IMG/VR virus record: IMGVR_UViG_3300032093_000068
Location: 1-64,000 of that record
Source: a virus
DNA length: 64,000 nucleotides
Strand: one strand, 5' to 3'
In this document: one piece after another, positions 14,834-25,362 of the stretch
Layout: the number at the start of each line of letters is the position of its first letter
Numbering within the stretch: position 1 is the stretch's first letter
Notes under the pieces: model-generated
Database searches by the model: none
Seen by the model: only the letters and a program-made list of their open reading frames with translations
Told to the model about the DNA's origin: nothing
Translations under genes and position numbers: made by a program

Positions 14834-14923
14834 AATAAATTTATCACAAGGATATAAAACCTCATCTTTTTTATTAATAGGTGAGGTTTTTTCAATTTGA
14901 ATATATTTATTTAAAAAAATATT

Positions 14924-15553
14924 ATGAAAAATACATACAACTCAATTAATGAAAATGAGAAAAAAAGAATTTTAGAAATGCATAAAAATAAGGGGTATAA
15001 AACTATAATTTCTGAAGCTCCGATGGATTCTATGTTTTATCCTGGTGGTGATTATACAAAAGATATGGGCAACACATTAACCGATTTATTAAAAGATTTT
15101 AAAAATAAAATTGAATCTATAAGTGTGTCAGATATTGTTAGTATACCAAATTCGGACAAGATTATTGATAACGTGAAAAATTTTTTTGGTGGGGATGTGT
15201 TAACAATGTCAAAAGATGAAATTGAATCTAAAATTGAAAATGAACTCCGAACTGAATCAATTAAAGAAGGTTTTTGGAGTGATTTTTTTAAAAAGGATTG
15301 GTCATCAGATAATGAGACAATGGATACTCCTATATCTAAAGTTAAAGGTGGCTTAGTTCAAAAAATAGGAGCTTTATTAGAGAAAATATTTCAAGTGAAT
15401 GTTTTAAGTTTTGGATTGATTGGATCAGTTCTAACTAATTTTTTATTGAATCTGAATGTTTCACCTTCAATATCATTGATATCATCAATGGTTGGCTTTT
15501 TGGTAGTTTATATTATTAGAAAATTAATACGTTTTACTAAAGAAAGAAAGTAA
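14924..15553 (+). CDS. Hypothetical late protein with C-terminal TM helices
   Basis: INENEKKRILEMH leader; TATTTAT at 14904. Confidence 0.75.
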   Translation: MKNTYNSINENEKKRILEMHKNKGYKTIISEAPMDSMFYPGGDYTKDMGNTLTDLLKDFKNKIESISVSDIVSIPNSDKIIDNVKNFFGGDVLTMSKDEIESKIENELRTESIKEGFWSDFFKKDWSSDNETMDTPISKVKGGLVQKIGALLEKIFQVNVLSFGLIGSVLTNFLLNLNVSPSISLISSMVGFLVVYIIRKLIRFTKERK

Positions 15554-15560
15554 TAAAAAA

Positions 15561-16733
15561 ATGACTTTAATTATTTCTGAATCCGAAAAAAAACATATTT
15601 TGGGTCTTTATGGGTTATTAGAACAACAAGTTAAGTCAAATAATCCAGATCAAAAAATTTTACCAACAAATAAAGGTAAATATGATGATTATAAACCAAC
15701 CAAGGCAGATTTTGATATTTTTAAATATTACGATTTCCCTCCTTTTAAGGTAAAAACAAGATCGGATTGGGTTGAACAGGCATCAATTTATTTAGGGTAT
15801 CAATTAGAGGTTTTTAAATATCAAAAGGGATTTGGTAGTCAACCATGTAACGCTTGTTCAACAACAATAACTGGAAGTTTATCCAAAGATATTCAAAACA
15901 AAAACCTTTGCGTAAATAATAATTTATTAGCAAAAAAGTGGAAATGTCCTGAGGGATCTAGTTTTTATTCTGTGATGGCCAGGGACTATAATACAGTGGA
16001 GTACCCCAAAATGTATAACTTGGTAAAAACTGCGCCTAAGTATAAGGACGAATTGGATAGATTTGTTGAAAAAATTAGGAAAGAAGGTTGGAACTTCGTT
16101 TTTGACTCAATAAGAGAATCTATGACATCTGCAGGAGGAGCCACTACACAAGTTGTAGTTGATTTATTAGGTGGAGGTGTTGCCGTAGAAATTGTTTGGG
16201 GAGTATTGTTATCGTGGGACGCATATCAATCTCAAAAAGGTGATTTTAATATAATTAATTTACTAACTGATTTAGCGGGTGTCATAACTTTTGGTCCTGG
16301 AGGTAAATACCTTTGGGATTTATTTAAAAAATCACCAATTCCAAAAAATGCAACAATAGAAATGTTATCTTCATGGTTACAAAAAAATCCTAAAGTTATT
16401 GAATTTTTTTCAAAATTTAATTTCGAATCTGCTTTGAAAAATACAATAGGAAAAGTTATAACTTTTTTGGAAAAGAACACAATTTTTGCCGAGCTAATAG
16501 TTTCATTGAAGAGTCTTTATACAAAATTTTTGAGTTATCTTGAGGTTCTTTCTGGTAAGACTCTTACCAAAGTGGCTGAGAAAGGATCAGAAAGTTATGC
16601 GGTAGAAAAGGGTTCCGAAGAAGTTGAAAAACGTGTAACTAATTTAGCAGATAGAACTAGTTCTGAATTAGGAAAAAGTATTAAACTAATGAACAAAACA
16701 TCTAAGTTAGTCAAGTCTTTAGCCCCATCCTAA
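15561..16733 (+). CDS. Hypothetical late protein
   Basis: IISESEKKHILGLY leader; central hydrophobic helices. Confidence 0.75.
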   Translation: MTLIISESEKKHILGLYGLLEQQVKSNNPDQKILPTNKGKYDDYKPTKADFDIFKYYDFPPFKVKTRSDWVEQASIYLGYQLEVFKYQKGFGSQPCNACSTTITGSLSKDIQNKNLCVNNNLLAKKWKCPEGSSFYSVMARDYNTVEYPKMYNLVKTAPKYKDELDRFVEKIRKEGWNFVFDSIRESMTSAGGATTQVVVDLLGGGVAVEIVWGVLLSWDAYQSQKGDFNIINLLTDLAGVITFGPGGKYLWDLFKKSPIPKNATIEMLSSWLQKNPKVIEFFSKFNFESALKNTIGKVITFLEKNTIFAELIVSLKSLYTKFLSYLEVLSGKTLTKVAEKGSESYAVEKGSEEVEKRVTNLADRTSSELGKSIKLMNKTSKLVKSLAPS

Positions 16734-16798
16734 TAATAAGTAACATTTACGAATAATTATAATTTTGTTTTGTCTCAAATATTTACTATATTTGTGAC

Positions 16799-17632
16799 AT
16801 GGAAAGGAATTATCAGTTATTAAAAGATGTTTTGTCGGTACCAACAAAAACCTATAAAGAGGAGAAAATGGTACAGTTTATTGTGGATTGGTTAAAAACC
16901 AACAATATAGATTACCAAGTTGATGAATATTATAATGTTTATGCTACAAAATCTTCAGGTGAGGTTTCGGACGACTTTTATTACCCTTGTGTGGTATCTC
17001 ACACCGATACTGTTCATAACTTAGATACTATTAATGTAGTTGAGGAACAAAAACTTAACGCTCAGGGTGAATATAAGTTATCGTTAAAAGCATATAACAA
17101 TGAAGGTGAGCCAACTGGTATTGGTGGAGATGACAAGTGTGGTGTTTATGCGTGTTTAGAATTACTCAAAGAATTACCATTTTTGAAGGCGGCGTTTTTT
17201 GTGTCAGAAGAAACTGGCTGTCACGGTTCTCGTAAAGCTGATAAGTCGTTTTTCTCAAATGTAGGATATGCAATTCAGTTTGACGCTCCTGAGAATTGGA
17301 TGATCACAGAAAGATGTTTTGGTACAGTCCTTTTTGAAAGAGATTCAGATTTTTTTTCAAAATGTAATAATGTATTGGTTGAATCATTTCCGTCTAAGTT
17401 AACTTATTTTTCACACCCATATACTGATGTGTACGCACTGAAGGAATTATTTGATTTTTCTTGTATAAATATTTCTATAGGATATTATGATTATCATACT
17501 AAAAATGAATATGTTGTTGTAGAGGATGTATATAACGGTATTGATGTCGGAAAAAAAATGATAGATAAGCTAGGTTATCAAAAATATAGATTAGAAGTTG
17601 AAAAACCTGATAAGTATTACAATCCGTTTTAG
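16799..17632 (+). CDS. M20/M28-family zinc peptidase
   Basis: SHTDTV, GGDDKCGV, EETG, QFD and YHTKNE metal-ligand motifs. Confidence 0.8.
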   Translation: MERNYQLLKDVLSVPTKTYKEEKMVQFIVDWLKTNNIDYQVDEYYNVYATKSSGEVSDDFYYPCVVSHTDTVHNLDTINVVEEQKLNAQGEYKLSLKAYNNEGEPTGIGGDDKCGVYACLELLKELPFLKAAFFVSEETGCHGSRKADKSFFSNVGYAIQFDAPENWMITERCFGTVLFERDSDFFSKCNNVLVESFPSKLTYFSHPYTDVYALKELFDFSCINISIGYYDYHTKNEYVVVEDVYNGIDVGKKMIDKLGYQKYRLEVEKPDKYYNPF

Positions 17633-17796
17633 AACATGTTGTAAAGTATCAAATATTTCGTATATTAGTATAACAAAAATCCGATGGATCGTTAAGGTTT
17701 TAAAATCAAAACGACTGGGTGGTTAAAGTTATGTGTTATTTTCCACTGAGTTATGAACACTTCTTACGAGATTACGATCTTGCATGGTAGAAAGGA

Positions 17797-17826
17797 AAAG
17801 GAGGGTTATTCACCCTCCTTTTTTGA
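17797..17826. terminator. Bidirectional terminator
   Basis: AAAAGGAGGGT-tattc-ACCCTCCTTTT. Confidence 0.7.
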
Positions 17827-19845
17827 TTTACCCCTTTTTGGTTTTTTTTCTTCAATGATTATTATTTCATCATCTTCAGATTTAACAAGATATTGGATAT
17901 CTGTTAAAATATTTCCTTTTAAAACCTCTTCTGAAATATAATCCTCAATTTTATCTTGTATTGCTCTTTTTAGAGGCCGAGCACCATACATTTCATCAAA
18001 ACCAATTTTTGATATCATATCAATAATTGTATCATCAAATGATAGGTTGTATTTTATCTTGGATAATCTACTTTTTAATTTTTCTATTTCAATTTTGACA
18101 ATTTCTTTGACGTGTTCTTCTTTTAACGTGTTAAATACGATAATATCATCAATACGGTTTAAAAATTCAGGTGCAAAGAATTTCTGTAATTCTTTTTTTA
18201 GCGTGTCCCTTTTTTGTTCTTCAACAATATAATCCTTTTTTTGAAAACCTATACCTGTTCCAAAATCTTGTATTTTTTTAACACCAAGATTGGATGTCAT
18301 AATTATCAAACAATTTTTGAAATTAATTTTTCTACCCAATCCGTCTGTAAGATGTCCATCGTCTAAAACTTGTAGTAAAGTTGAGAACACGTCTTTATTT
18401 GCTTTCTCAATTTCATCAAATAAAATTACGGAGTATGGTTTATTTTTAACTTGCTCAGTTAATTGACCACCTTCATCATATCCAACATAACCTGGAGGTG
18501 ACCCTATTAATCTTGATATTGAATGCTTTTCTTGAAATTCTGACATATCAACTCTAATCAATGAATCTTCGCTTCCGAAAATTTCTCGTGCCAATTGTTT
18601 TGCTAAATGTGTTTTTCCTACTCCAGTACTTCCTAAGAAGATAAAAGAACCAATTGGTCTATTTGGATCTTTAATTCCCAATCTATTTCTTCTAATAGCT
18701 TTTGAGATTTTGCTCACCGCTTCAGTTTGACCAATAACTTTACTTTCAATCATTGATTCCAAATTAATAAGTGATTTGGTGTCATCAATGTTTAATTTTC
18801 CAACAGGAATTTTTGTCATATTGGAAACCACTTCATAAACTAATTCTATTTGAACATTTTTTTTGTTTATGTTCATTTCCTCTTCAAACTTTTGTTTCTC
18901 AATAGTTAGTCTATTTAAAACCTTTTTTTCTTTGTCTCTCAATTCTGCGGCTTGTTCGTAATTTTGTCTTTTGACAACATCTATTTTTAATTGTTTGATA
19001 TCTGCAGCCTCTTGTTTTAATTTTTCTATAGATTCTGGCATTTTGACATCAACTTGACTTCTTGCTCCAACTTCGTCAATAATATCAAAAGCTTTATCAG
19101 GAAATTCTCTATCTGTAATATATCTATCTGCCAAATCAACACAAGTGGTTAAAACTTCATCAGAGAAAATTACTTTGTGATAATCCTCATATTTTGATTT
19201 TGAATTTCGTAGAATTTGTAATGTTTCTTCTTTTGTTGATGGGTCAACCACAACTTTTTGAAATCTTCTTTCTAATGCACCATCTTTTTCAAAGTTTTTT
19301 CTATATTCATCTAATGTGGTGGCTCCGATGCACTGTATTTCACCTCTTGCCAATGCCGGTTTAAATATGTTTGATGCGTCCATAGATCCTGAAGAATTTC
19401 CAGCGCCTACTATGGTATGAATTTCATCAATGAAAACAATTATATTCGGATGAGATTGCAATTCTTCAATAATGACTTTCATTCTTTCCTCAAATTGACC
19501 TCGATATTTTGTTCCAGCAACTATTGATGTCATATCAAGTAAAACTATTCGTTTATCCAAAAGATTTCTCGGACATTCCCCCTGTTGAATTTTCATGGCT
19601 AAACCCTCTACAATTGCAGTTTTTCCGCATCCAGGCTCACCAATTATAATAGGATTGTTTTTCTTCCTACGAGAAAGAATTTGCGCAATTCTCAAAATTT
19701 CTTTATCTCTTCCAATTACAGGATCTAATTTACCTTCTTCTGCATATTTTATAAGGTCTTTTGAAAAGTTATCTAGTACAGGAGTACCGTGATCGCTTTC
19801 AGATTTTTTTCTTTGTGACGGTCCGTCATCCATTGTCTCGCTCAT
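17806..19845 (-). CDS. clpC: ClpC-like AAA+ ATPase lacking the N-terminal Clp_N domain
   Basis: GKLDPVIGR, Walker A GEPGCGKT and [11 protein letters not shown]-like middle domain ([11 protein letters not shown]), IGF ClpP-docking loop, YGARPLKR. Confidence 0.9.
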   Translation of the reverse strand: MSETMDDGPSQRKKSESDHGTPVLDNFSKDLIKYAEEGKLDPVIGRDKEILRIAQILSRRKKNNPIIIGEPGCGKTAIVEGLAMKIQQGECPRNLLDKRIVLLDMTSIVAGTKYRGQFEERMKVIIEELQSHPNIIVFIDEIHTIVGAGNSSGSMDASNIFKPALARGEIQCIGATTLDEYRKNFEKDGALERRFQKVVVDPSTKEETLQILRNSKSKYEDYHKVIFSDEVLTTCVDLADRYITDREFPDKAFDIIDEVGARSQVDVKMPESIEKLKQEAADIKQLKIDVVKRQNYEQAAELRDKEKKVLNRLTIEKQKFEEEMNINKKNVQIELVYEVVSNMTKIPVGKLNIDDTKSLINLESMIESKVIGQTEAVSKISKAIRRNRLGIKDPNRPIGSFIFLGSTGVGKTHLAKQLAREIFGSEDSLIRVDMSEFQEKHSISRLIGSPPGYVGYDEGGQLTEQVKNKPYSVILFDEIEKANKDVFSTLLQVLDDGHLTDGLGRKINFKNCLIIMTSNLGVKKIQDFGTGIGFQKKDYIVEEQKRDTLKKELQKFFAPEFLNRIDDIIVFNTLKEEHVKEIVKIEIEKLKSRLSKIKYNLSFDDTIIDMISKIGFDEMYGARPLKRAIQDKIEDYISEEVLKGNILTDIQYLVKSEDDEIIIIEEKKPKRGKSKKEGE

Positions 19846-19894
19846 AATTACAATTTTTTATAAAATATAGTAATATGATTTATAAATTCAACAG

Positions 19895-19956
19895 TGTCAA
19901 TTTGTCAGGTTATATATGACATTTTGTCAGTTTTTAATTTTGGCACAGATATTGCT
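19895..19956 (+). promoter_or_regulatory. Sigma54-type promoter with upstream TGACA/TGTCA repeats
   Basis: TGGCAC-N5-TTGCT at 19941-19956; TGACA-TTT-TGTCA at 19917-19929; TGTCA-ATT-TGTCA at 19895-19907. Confidence 0.7.
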
Positions 19957-19996
19957 AATCGGTCTATCAAAATAAACTTTTAAATTATTATAAAAT

Positions 19997-20380
19997 ATGT
20001 TTAACACAATTTCTTTATTCACACCAACAACTTTTGAGGATTTATCAAAAGAATTTTTTGAATCGACACGTAAAAATTATTTTTCTACGGATTATGAATT
20101 TTATAAAACAGAAGATGGTTTTTATCAAATTTTTGAAGTACCAGGTTTTAACAAATCAAATCTTAAAGTAGAGGTTGAGGGTTCTAAACTCACAATTGAC
20201 GGAAAAAGGGTTTATAAGACATCAAATGGTGAAAGGTCTAAGGTTTTCCATAAAATTTATGATTTAGGAAATAAAGTTGATACTTCTAAACTTGAAGCAA
20301 CAATTGAGGACGGTATTTTAGCCATTTTTATACCGACACCAAGTGAAAAGGAAGTCCGAAAGAAAATTTCTTTACTTTAA
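19997..20380 (+). CDS. Small heat-shock protein (Hsp20/alpha-crystallin)
   Basis: EVPGFNKSNLKVEVEGSKLTIDG and LEATIEDGILAIFIP. Confidence 0.88.
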   Translation: MFNTISLFTPTTFEDLSKEFFESTRKNYFSTDYEFYKTEDGFYQIFEVPGFNKSNLKVEVEGSKLTIDGKRVYKTSNGERSKVFHKIYDLGNKVDTSKLEATIEDGILAIFIPTPSEKEVRKKISLL

Positions 20381-20464
20381 AACTTTAAAACTTTAAAACA
20401 AGACCCCTCCCCCAAAAGAGGGGTTTTCTTTTTTAGTTCAATATTTATTTTAAAGGTAAAAGTT

Positions 20465-20707
20465 ATGGCAATCATTAAAGAAGAAATAAAAGGAACCAAA
20501 ATTATAAACGATATACAATCGTCAAATATTAAACATACTGAGTATGACACTGAAACCAAATTGTTAGAGGTTACATTCAATAATGATTTAAAATATATCT
20601 ATGAAAATGTGCCACATCAAATATACACTCAGTTTAGAATGTCTGAATCTCAAGGAAAATTCTTTAGTTCAAAAATAGCAAAATCATATCCTTATAAAAA
20701 ATCATAA
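20465..20707 (+). CDS. KTSC-domain protein
   Basis: SSNI..TEYD...LLEVTF...Y.YENVP....F..SESQGKFF. Confidence 0.85.
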   Translation: MAIIKEEIKGTKIINDIQSSNIKHTEYDTETKLLEVTFNNDLKYIYENVPHQIYTQFRMSESQGKFFSSKIAKSYPYKKS

Positions 20708-20727
20708 ATAAAGGATATTTACTATTA

Positions 20728-22692
20728 ATGGAAACTAGTAATATTCTTAAAAGTTTTGAGTTACAAGATAATTTAAATTCAAAGATTTGGAAAAAAACGG
20801 CTGAAAATAGTTATGTTTTATCTGCAAAGGTTAGAGAAAAACTTTTGGAGATCGCATATGAATTTATTCAGTTTTTAAAAGTTGATATAATTGTTTCTGA
20901 TGTTCATTTAACAGGTTCTTTAGCCAACTATAATTGGTCGGAATATTCAGATTTTGATTTACATATAATAGCAGATTTTAATCAATTTTCAAAAAAACAA
21001 CTTGATTTATATAAAGAACTTTTCACATTAAAAAAAACAATATTTAATTCAGACCAGAATATTAAAATTTATGGTTATGATGTCGAACTTTATGTTCAAG
21101 ATATAAATGAAGAACATACATCAAGTGGTGTTTATTCTCTAATAAAAAATGAATGGCTAGAAAAACCAAAAAAAGAAAAATTTGAAGTTAATAAATCAAT
21201 TTTGAAAACTAAAATTGACCAATGGACAACAAAAATAGATACTGTTTTAAAGGATGCGAACGAAGAAGAAGACCTTCAAAAATCAAAGAAAATTATTGAT
21301 AAATTAAAGGATAAATTAAAGCAATATCGCAAATCAGGTTTAGAAAAAAAGGGTGAGATGTCATATGAAAATCTTGTATTCAAATACTTGAGAAGAAGTG
21401 GGCATATTGAGAAATTGTTTGATTTCAAAACAAAAAAGGTCGATAAAGAATTATCATTATCAGAAAGCTCATCACAATTAAGATCAACACTAGATAATTT
21501 AGGGTATGAAGAAAAAGGATCTGAAATAACCAGTGGTGGTGAAATAAGTAAGGAAATATCAACAGCTGTTTCTGAGATATTGACCGCTTTTAAACAAGTA
21601 AGTCCAAATGCCAAGGTTAGAGTAACGGGTGGTAATGATAAATACCACCAAGGAATGAATAGCAAACATCCTAAAGGGTTGGCAATTGACTTAACTGTGG
21701 ATCCTCAATCAGAAAGAAATAAATTTATTAAAGTGATGGATGAATACAAGAAAAAAAATTCAGAATTTACTTATATAGACGAATATTCAAGACCTTCAAA
21801 ACACGCAACCGCACCACACTTCCATTTACAAATAGGTAAAGGAAGTACAGTTAGTTCAAGTCAAGGAATTCAATCAGACAAGTTACAAAAATTAATGGAT
21901 CAAGCGGAAAGATCCAAATTTATGAATGAATTCAAAGACATTGCAAACTCAACAAAACAATTTAAATACGAAAAATTACAAGGAAAAAAAATCCCTTATC
22001 AACCTGAGGTTGAAAAATTACAGATAGCTTTACAATTTTTGGGGTATTCATTACCAAGATGGGGTGTTGACGGATTGTTCGGGCCAGAAACGCAAAGAGC
22101 GGTTAAAGCATTTCAAGAAGATAACAATATTTCGGCAACTGGCGTTGCTGCACCTGATGACTTAAAAAAATTGTATGTCTTGTTACTTTTGAAAGGTTTT
22201 GAGCAAAGTGATCTATCTCAAATAGAATATGAAGAGGAAATTGATTATAGTGAAATCCCTCAAACAGGTCCTATAAATTCTAATCAAGTCATTTCCTTTT
22301 TCGTTAAAAAAGGATTAACTAAAGAACATTCTGCGGCAATTGCTGGAAATTTGTTTCAGGAATCAAATCTAAATCCATCAGCGGTAAATAAAAGGTCGAA
22401 AGCTTTCGGACTCGCTCAATGGTATAAAACACGTTTTGATAGTTTGAAACAATTTATGCAATCAAAAGGGTATGAATTATCAAATCCAATTGGTCAATTG
22501 GAATTTATTTGGGAGGAATTACAAACTACCGAAAAAAGAGCATATAATGATTTTATAAATCAAGATAATCTTAAAGATATGGTTAAAACATTTGCGAGAA
22601 AATATGAACGTATGGGTATATTTGAAGCTAATATGCCAAAAAGAATAAGGTATGCTAAACAATTTTTGGATCAATATAATAGTACTACGTAA
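20728..22692 (+). CDS. Multidomain protein: Pol-beta-like nucleotidyltransferase, M15-like peptidase, peptidoglycan-binding domain, phage tail lysozyme
   Basis: TGSLANYNWSEYSDFDLH..VELY; RVTGGND.YH..SKH..GLAIDL..HFH; LQIALQFLGY..GVDGLFGPETQRAVKAFQ; AAIAGNLFQES..GLAQW. Confidence 0.75.
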   Translation: METSNILKSFELQDNLNSKIWKKTAENSYVLSAKVREKLLEIAYEFIQFLKVDIIVSDVHLTGSLANYNWSEYSDFDLHIIADFNQFSKKQLDLYKELFTLKKTIFNSDQNIKIYGYDVELYVQDINEEHTSSGVYSLIKNEWLEKPKKEKFEVNKSILKTKIDQWTTKIDTVLKDANEEEDLQKSKKIIDKLKDKLKQYRKSGLEKKGEMSYENLVFKYLRRSGHIEKLFDFKTKKVDKELSLSESSSQLRSTLDNLGYEEKGSEITSGGEISKEISTAVSEILTAFKQVSPNAKVRVTGGNDKYHQGMNSKHPKGLAIDLTVDPQSERNKFIKVMDEYKKKNSEFTYIDEYSRPSKHATAPHFHLQIGKGSTVSSSQGIQSDKLQKLMDQAERSKFMNEFKDIANSTKQFKYEKLQGKKIPYQPEVEKLQIALQFLGYSLPRWGVDGLFGPETQRAVKAFQEDNNISATGVAAPDDLKKLYVLLLLKGFEQSDLSQIEYEEEIDYSEIPQTGPINSNQVISFFVKKGLTKEHSAAIAGNLFQESNLNPSAVNKRSKAFGLAQWYKTRFDSLKQFMQSKGYELSNPIGQLEFIWEELQTTEKRAYNDFINQDNLKDMVKTFARKYERMGIFEANMPKRIRYAKQFLDQYNSTT

Positions 22693-22764
22693 CAATTGTC
22701 AATAACGATATATTTATAAAATAAAAATCTAAAAGATTATCAACTTTTTTTAAAAAAAAACAAA

Positions 22765-24168
22765 ATGGGAAAATTAAAACCAATAGGAAGTGAAAAATTA
22801 GAGGGTCAAGATAAAATCTCTCGTATTTTGGAAATCTCCAATTACAAATTTGTTGAACCAAATTCTGTAAATGAAAACACTTCAAATGAATATAATATTC
22901 AATTATCTGATGGTAACACATATCACATTGACAAAGAAAAAAATGGTTATGTTATCAAAAGAACTATAAGTGAAGGTGTTACAGAATATTTAGAACCTAT
23001 GAAAAATAGGAAATTTTATTCGTCATATTCACAAGCATTTAAAAGATTAAATCTTATAGCTAAAGAAATTAACACGGCAACAGGTAATGATGGTGGTATT
23101 TCATTATTTGGAGAGCAAAAAAAATTCGTTCTCAAAACACCAAAACAAGAAATGCCGGTAGAACCACCTGCAGCTCCTGAACCAGTTCCCGCACCCGCCC
23201 CTTCACCTGAACCGGCACCTTCTGATATGGACACTGAAATGCCGCCAATGGATGATCAAATGGAGGAACCACCATCAGAAGAAATGCCATCGGATGATAT
23301 GTCTATTGATGAACCTGAAATGGATTCTCAACCAGAAGATGACACTGATGGAGAAGGAACTGTTACCTTTAAAACAATTCAAAAATTAACAGGAAAATTA
23401 GCACAAAAATTAAGAAAATTAAATCAGGGTGAAGAGCCAATATCTGCAGATGATACAAAATATGTTATAAATTCTGTATTATCTGCAGTTGATCTATCTG
23501 TATTGTCTGATGAAGATATGGAAGAAATTATCGGTAGATTAGAAGATTCTGAAATGCAATCTGATGAAGAGCCTGAAATGGAAGAACCATCAGATGATAT
23601 GGAAATTGACCAACCTGAAGATGAATTGGAAGGGTCTGAGGAACAATTACCTGAAATGGAAATGTATGAAGATGACACTGAAGAGCAATACGAAGGTTTA
23701 ATTGGTGGTAAATATGATTTAGGATTTAGTGATAAACCAAAATCAGAAACAAAAGAGATGAATTTCAACAACTATGTTAAAAGAAGGTTTTCAAATGAAA
23801 TCAAAAATAAGATGGGTGAAATGATGGAAGAAGATGAGATTGAAGGATTAGGTGGTGTATTTGATGACATTTTTTCAGAATCAAAAGTTGATAGTATTAT
23901 AAAATCTTATTTTGTTGAAACTGAATCGGAAAAAAAATATTTGCAAGAACAAAATAAAAGAAAATTTTTAACCGAAAAAGCAAAAAAAATTAAAACGATG
24001 AAAGAAGTTAAAAATCTTTCAGAAACCTATATTCAAGAATCAACATCATCCAAATTTTTAGACAGATATTCAAAAGCTTCATTTGTCGGAAAAACAAATA
24101 AGAAAAATTTGGTTTTTGAAGTTAATGGAAAACAATATAAAATAACACCTGACGGAGCGATTCTATGA
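22765..24168 (+). CDS. Acidic, Pro-rich hypothetical head-associated protein
   Basis: 467-aa ORF at the start of the head operon; TATTTAT at 22711. Confidence 0.75.
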   Translation: MGKLKPIGSEKLEGQDKISRILEISNYKFVEPNSVNENTSNEYNIQLSDGNTYHIDKEKNGYVIKRTISEGVTEYLEPMKNRKFYSSYSQAFKRLNLIAKEINTATGNDGGISLFGEQKKFVLKTPKQEMPVEPPAAPEPVPAPAPSPEPAPSDMDTEMPPMDDQMEEPPSEEMPSDDMSIDEPEMDSQPEDDTDGEGTVTFKTIQKLTGKLAQKLRKLNQGEEPISADDTKYVINSVLSAVDLSVLSDEDMEEIIGRLEDSEMQSDEEPEMEEPSDDMEIDQPEDELEGSEEQLPEMEMYEDDTEEQYEGLIGGKYDLGFSDKPKSETKEMNFNNYVKRRFSNEIKNKMGEMMEEDEIEGLGGVFDDIFSESKVDSIIKSYFVETESEKKYLQEQNKRKFLTEKAKKIKTMKEVKNLSETYIQESTSSKFLDRYSKASFVGKTNKKNLVFEVNGKQYKITPDGAIL

Positions 24169-24578
24169 GTTATCTAATTTATGTCAATGGTTTAGGTCCG
24201 AATTATAAAGGGGATAATATATACGAATTTATTTTTTCCGATGTAAAAAATGAAATTTGGGGAGAAGGGTGGGAATCAAAACCATCAAACGGAAATCCTT
24301 TACCTCCTGACATAGAACTTATTAGAAAGGTTGGAGTTTTAAAAAATGATGAGATTAAATTAACCTTAATTCAAGAATCAGATTTTTTTTCTATGACCGA
24401 CGCTTTGGATGACGTGATCGCATTGGCTTGGGAAAGTGAAGATTCCGATGTTAATTTTGACATTGAAAAAAGATTAGTATTCAGGTTTGGTGAGGATGAA
24501 AAAACAATAAAAAATAAACTATATGAAAGAGATATAGTATTAGAATTTGATAAACAAGTTGTTTATGAAAAAGAATAA
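24165..24578 (+). CDS. Hypothetical protein
   Basis: ATGA overlap with the previous stop. Confidence 0.75.
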   Translation: MSYLIYVNGLGPNYKGDNIYEFIFSDVKNEIWGEGWESKPSNGNPLPPDIELIRKVGVLKNDEIKLTLIQESDFFSMTDALDDVIALAWESEDSDVNFDIEKRLVFRFGEDEKTIKNKLYERDIVLEFDKQVVYEKE

Positions 24579-25353
24579 ATTAGCATTTAAATTAATTGAC
24601 ATGGGACTTAAAGCAGAAACATTAGCAAATTTAACTGAATCTCAATTAAGATTGTTATATAATAAACTAAACGAGGGGAAAAAAGAACCTAAGGAGCAAG
24701 TGACTCAAATAACGGAGCCATCAAAACCTTCATATAAAGTCGGTCCAAAAGGAGGAAATCTACCACCATCACCTAAAGGGTATTCGATGACAAAAAATAC
24801 TGATGGTACTATGTCGGCAACGCCAAATGAGGGGGAAATGAAAGAAGGGAAAAAAAAGTCAAAAAAATACAACCCTTGGGCGATTTGCACCGCATCTGTA
24901 GGTAGAGAGGATAAGAAAAAATATGAAAAATGCGTTATGGACGTAAAAAAATCCATTAAAGAAGGAAAAGATCCTGTGAATTTGTTTTTGGAAGAAAAAA
25001 TTGTATCTTTGCTTGAAAAGCATATACAACCAAAAATATCCAAAAAAGAATTTTTACAAATGATATCCGAAACTGAAACCGCTCCTGCAAAACCAAAAGA
25101 AAAGGAAAAAGAAAAGGTTAAACCAAAAACACCTTTCAGTCCTAAACCTGGTGTCAAACCAAATCCAAAGGCTAAGTCAAAAAGGGAAACAAACGAGCAG
25201 GAAACTGCAGATCCGATAGTAAAACCAAAAACACCAACTACTAAACCTAAAACACCATTTAGTCCAAAACCAGGTGTGAACCCAAGACCTAAAGCGGGAA
25301 AAAAATCAGTACCGACATGGTTAAAGTGGGATAATCTTGGTCTTAATTTTTAA
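24565..25353 (+). CDS. Lys/Pro-rich hypothetical protein with duplicated KPKTPFSPKPGV motif
   Basis: Two internal repeats; NPWAICTASVG motif. Confidence 0.7.
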   Translation: MKKNKLAFKLIDMGLKAETLANLTESQLRLLYNKLNEGKKEPKEQVTQITEPSKPSYKVGPKGGNLPPSPKGYSMTKNTDGTMSATPNEGEMKEGKKKSKKYNPWAICTASVGREDKKKYEKCVMDVKKSIKEGKDPVNLFLEEKIVSLLEKHIQPKISKKEFLQMISETETAPAKPKEKEKEKVKPKTPFSPKPGVKPNPKAKSKRETNEQETADPIVKPKTPTTKPKTPFSPKPGVNPRPKAGKKSVPTWLKWDNLGLNF

Positions 25354-25362
25354 TTAATAGTT

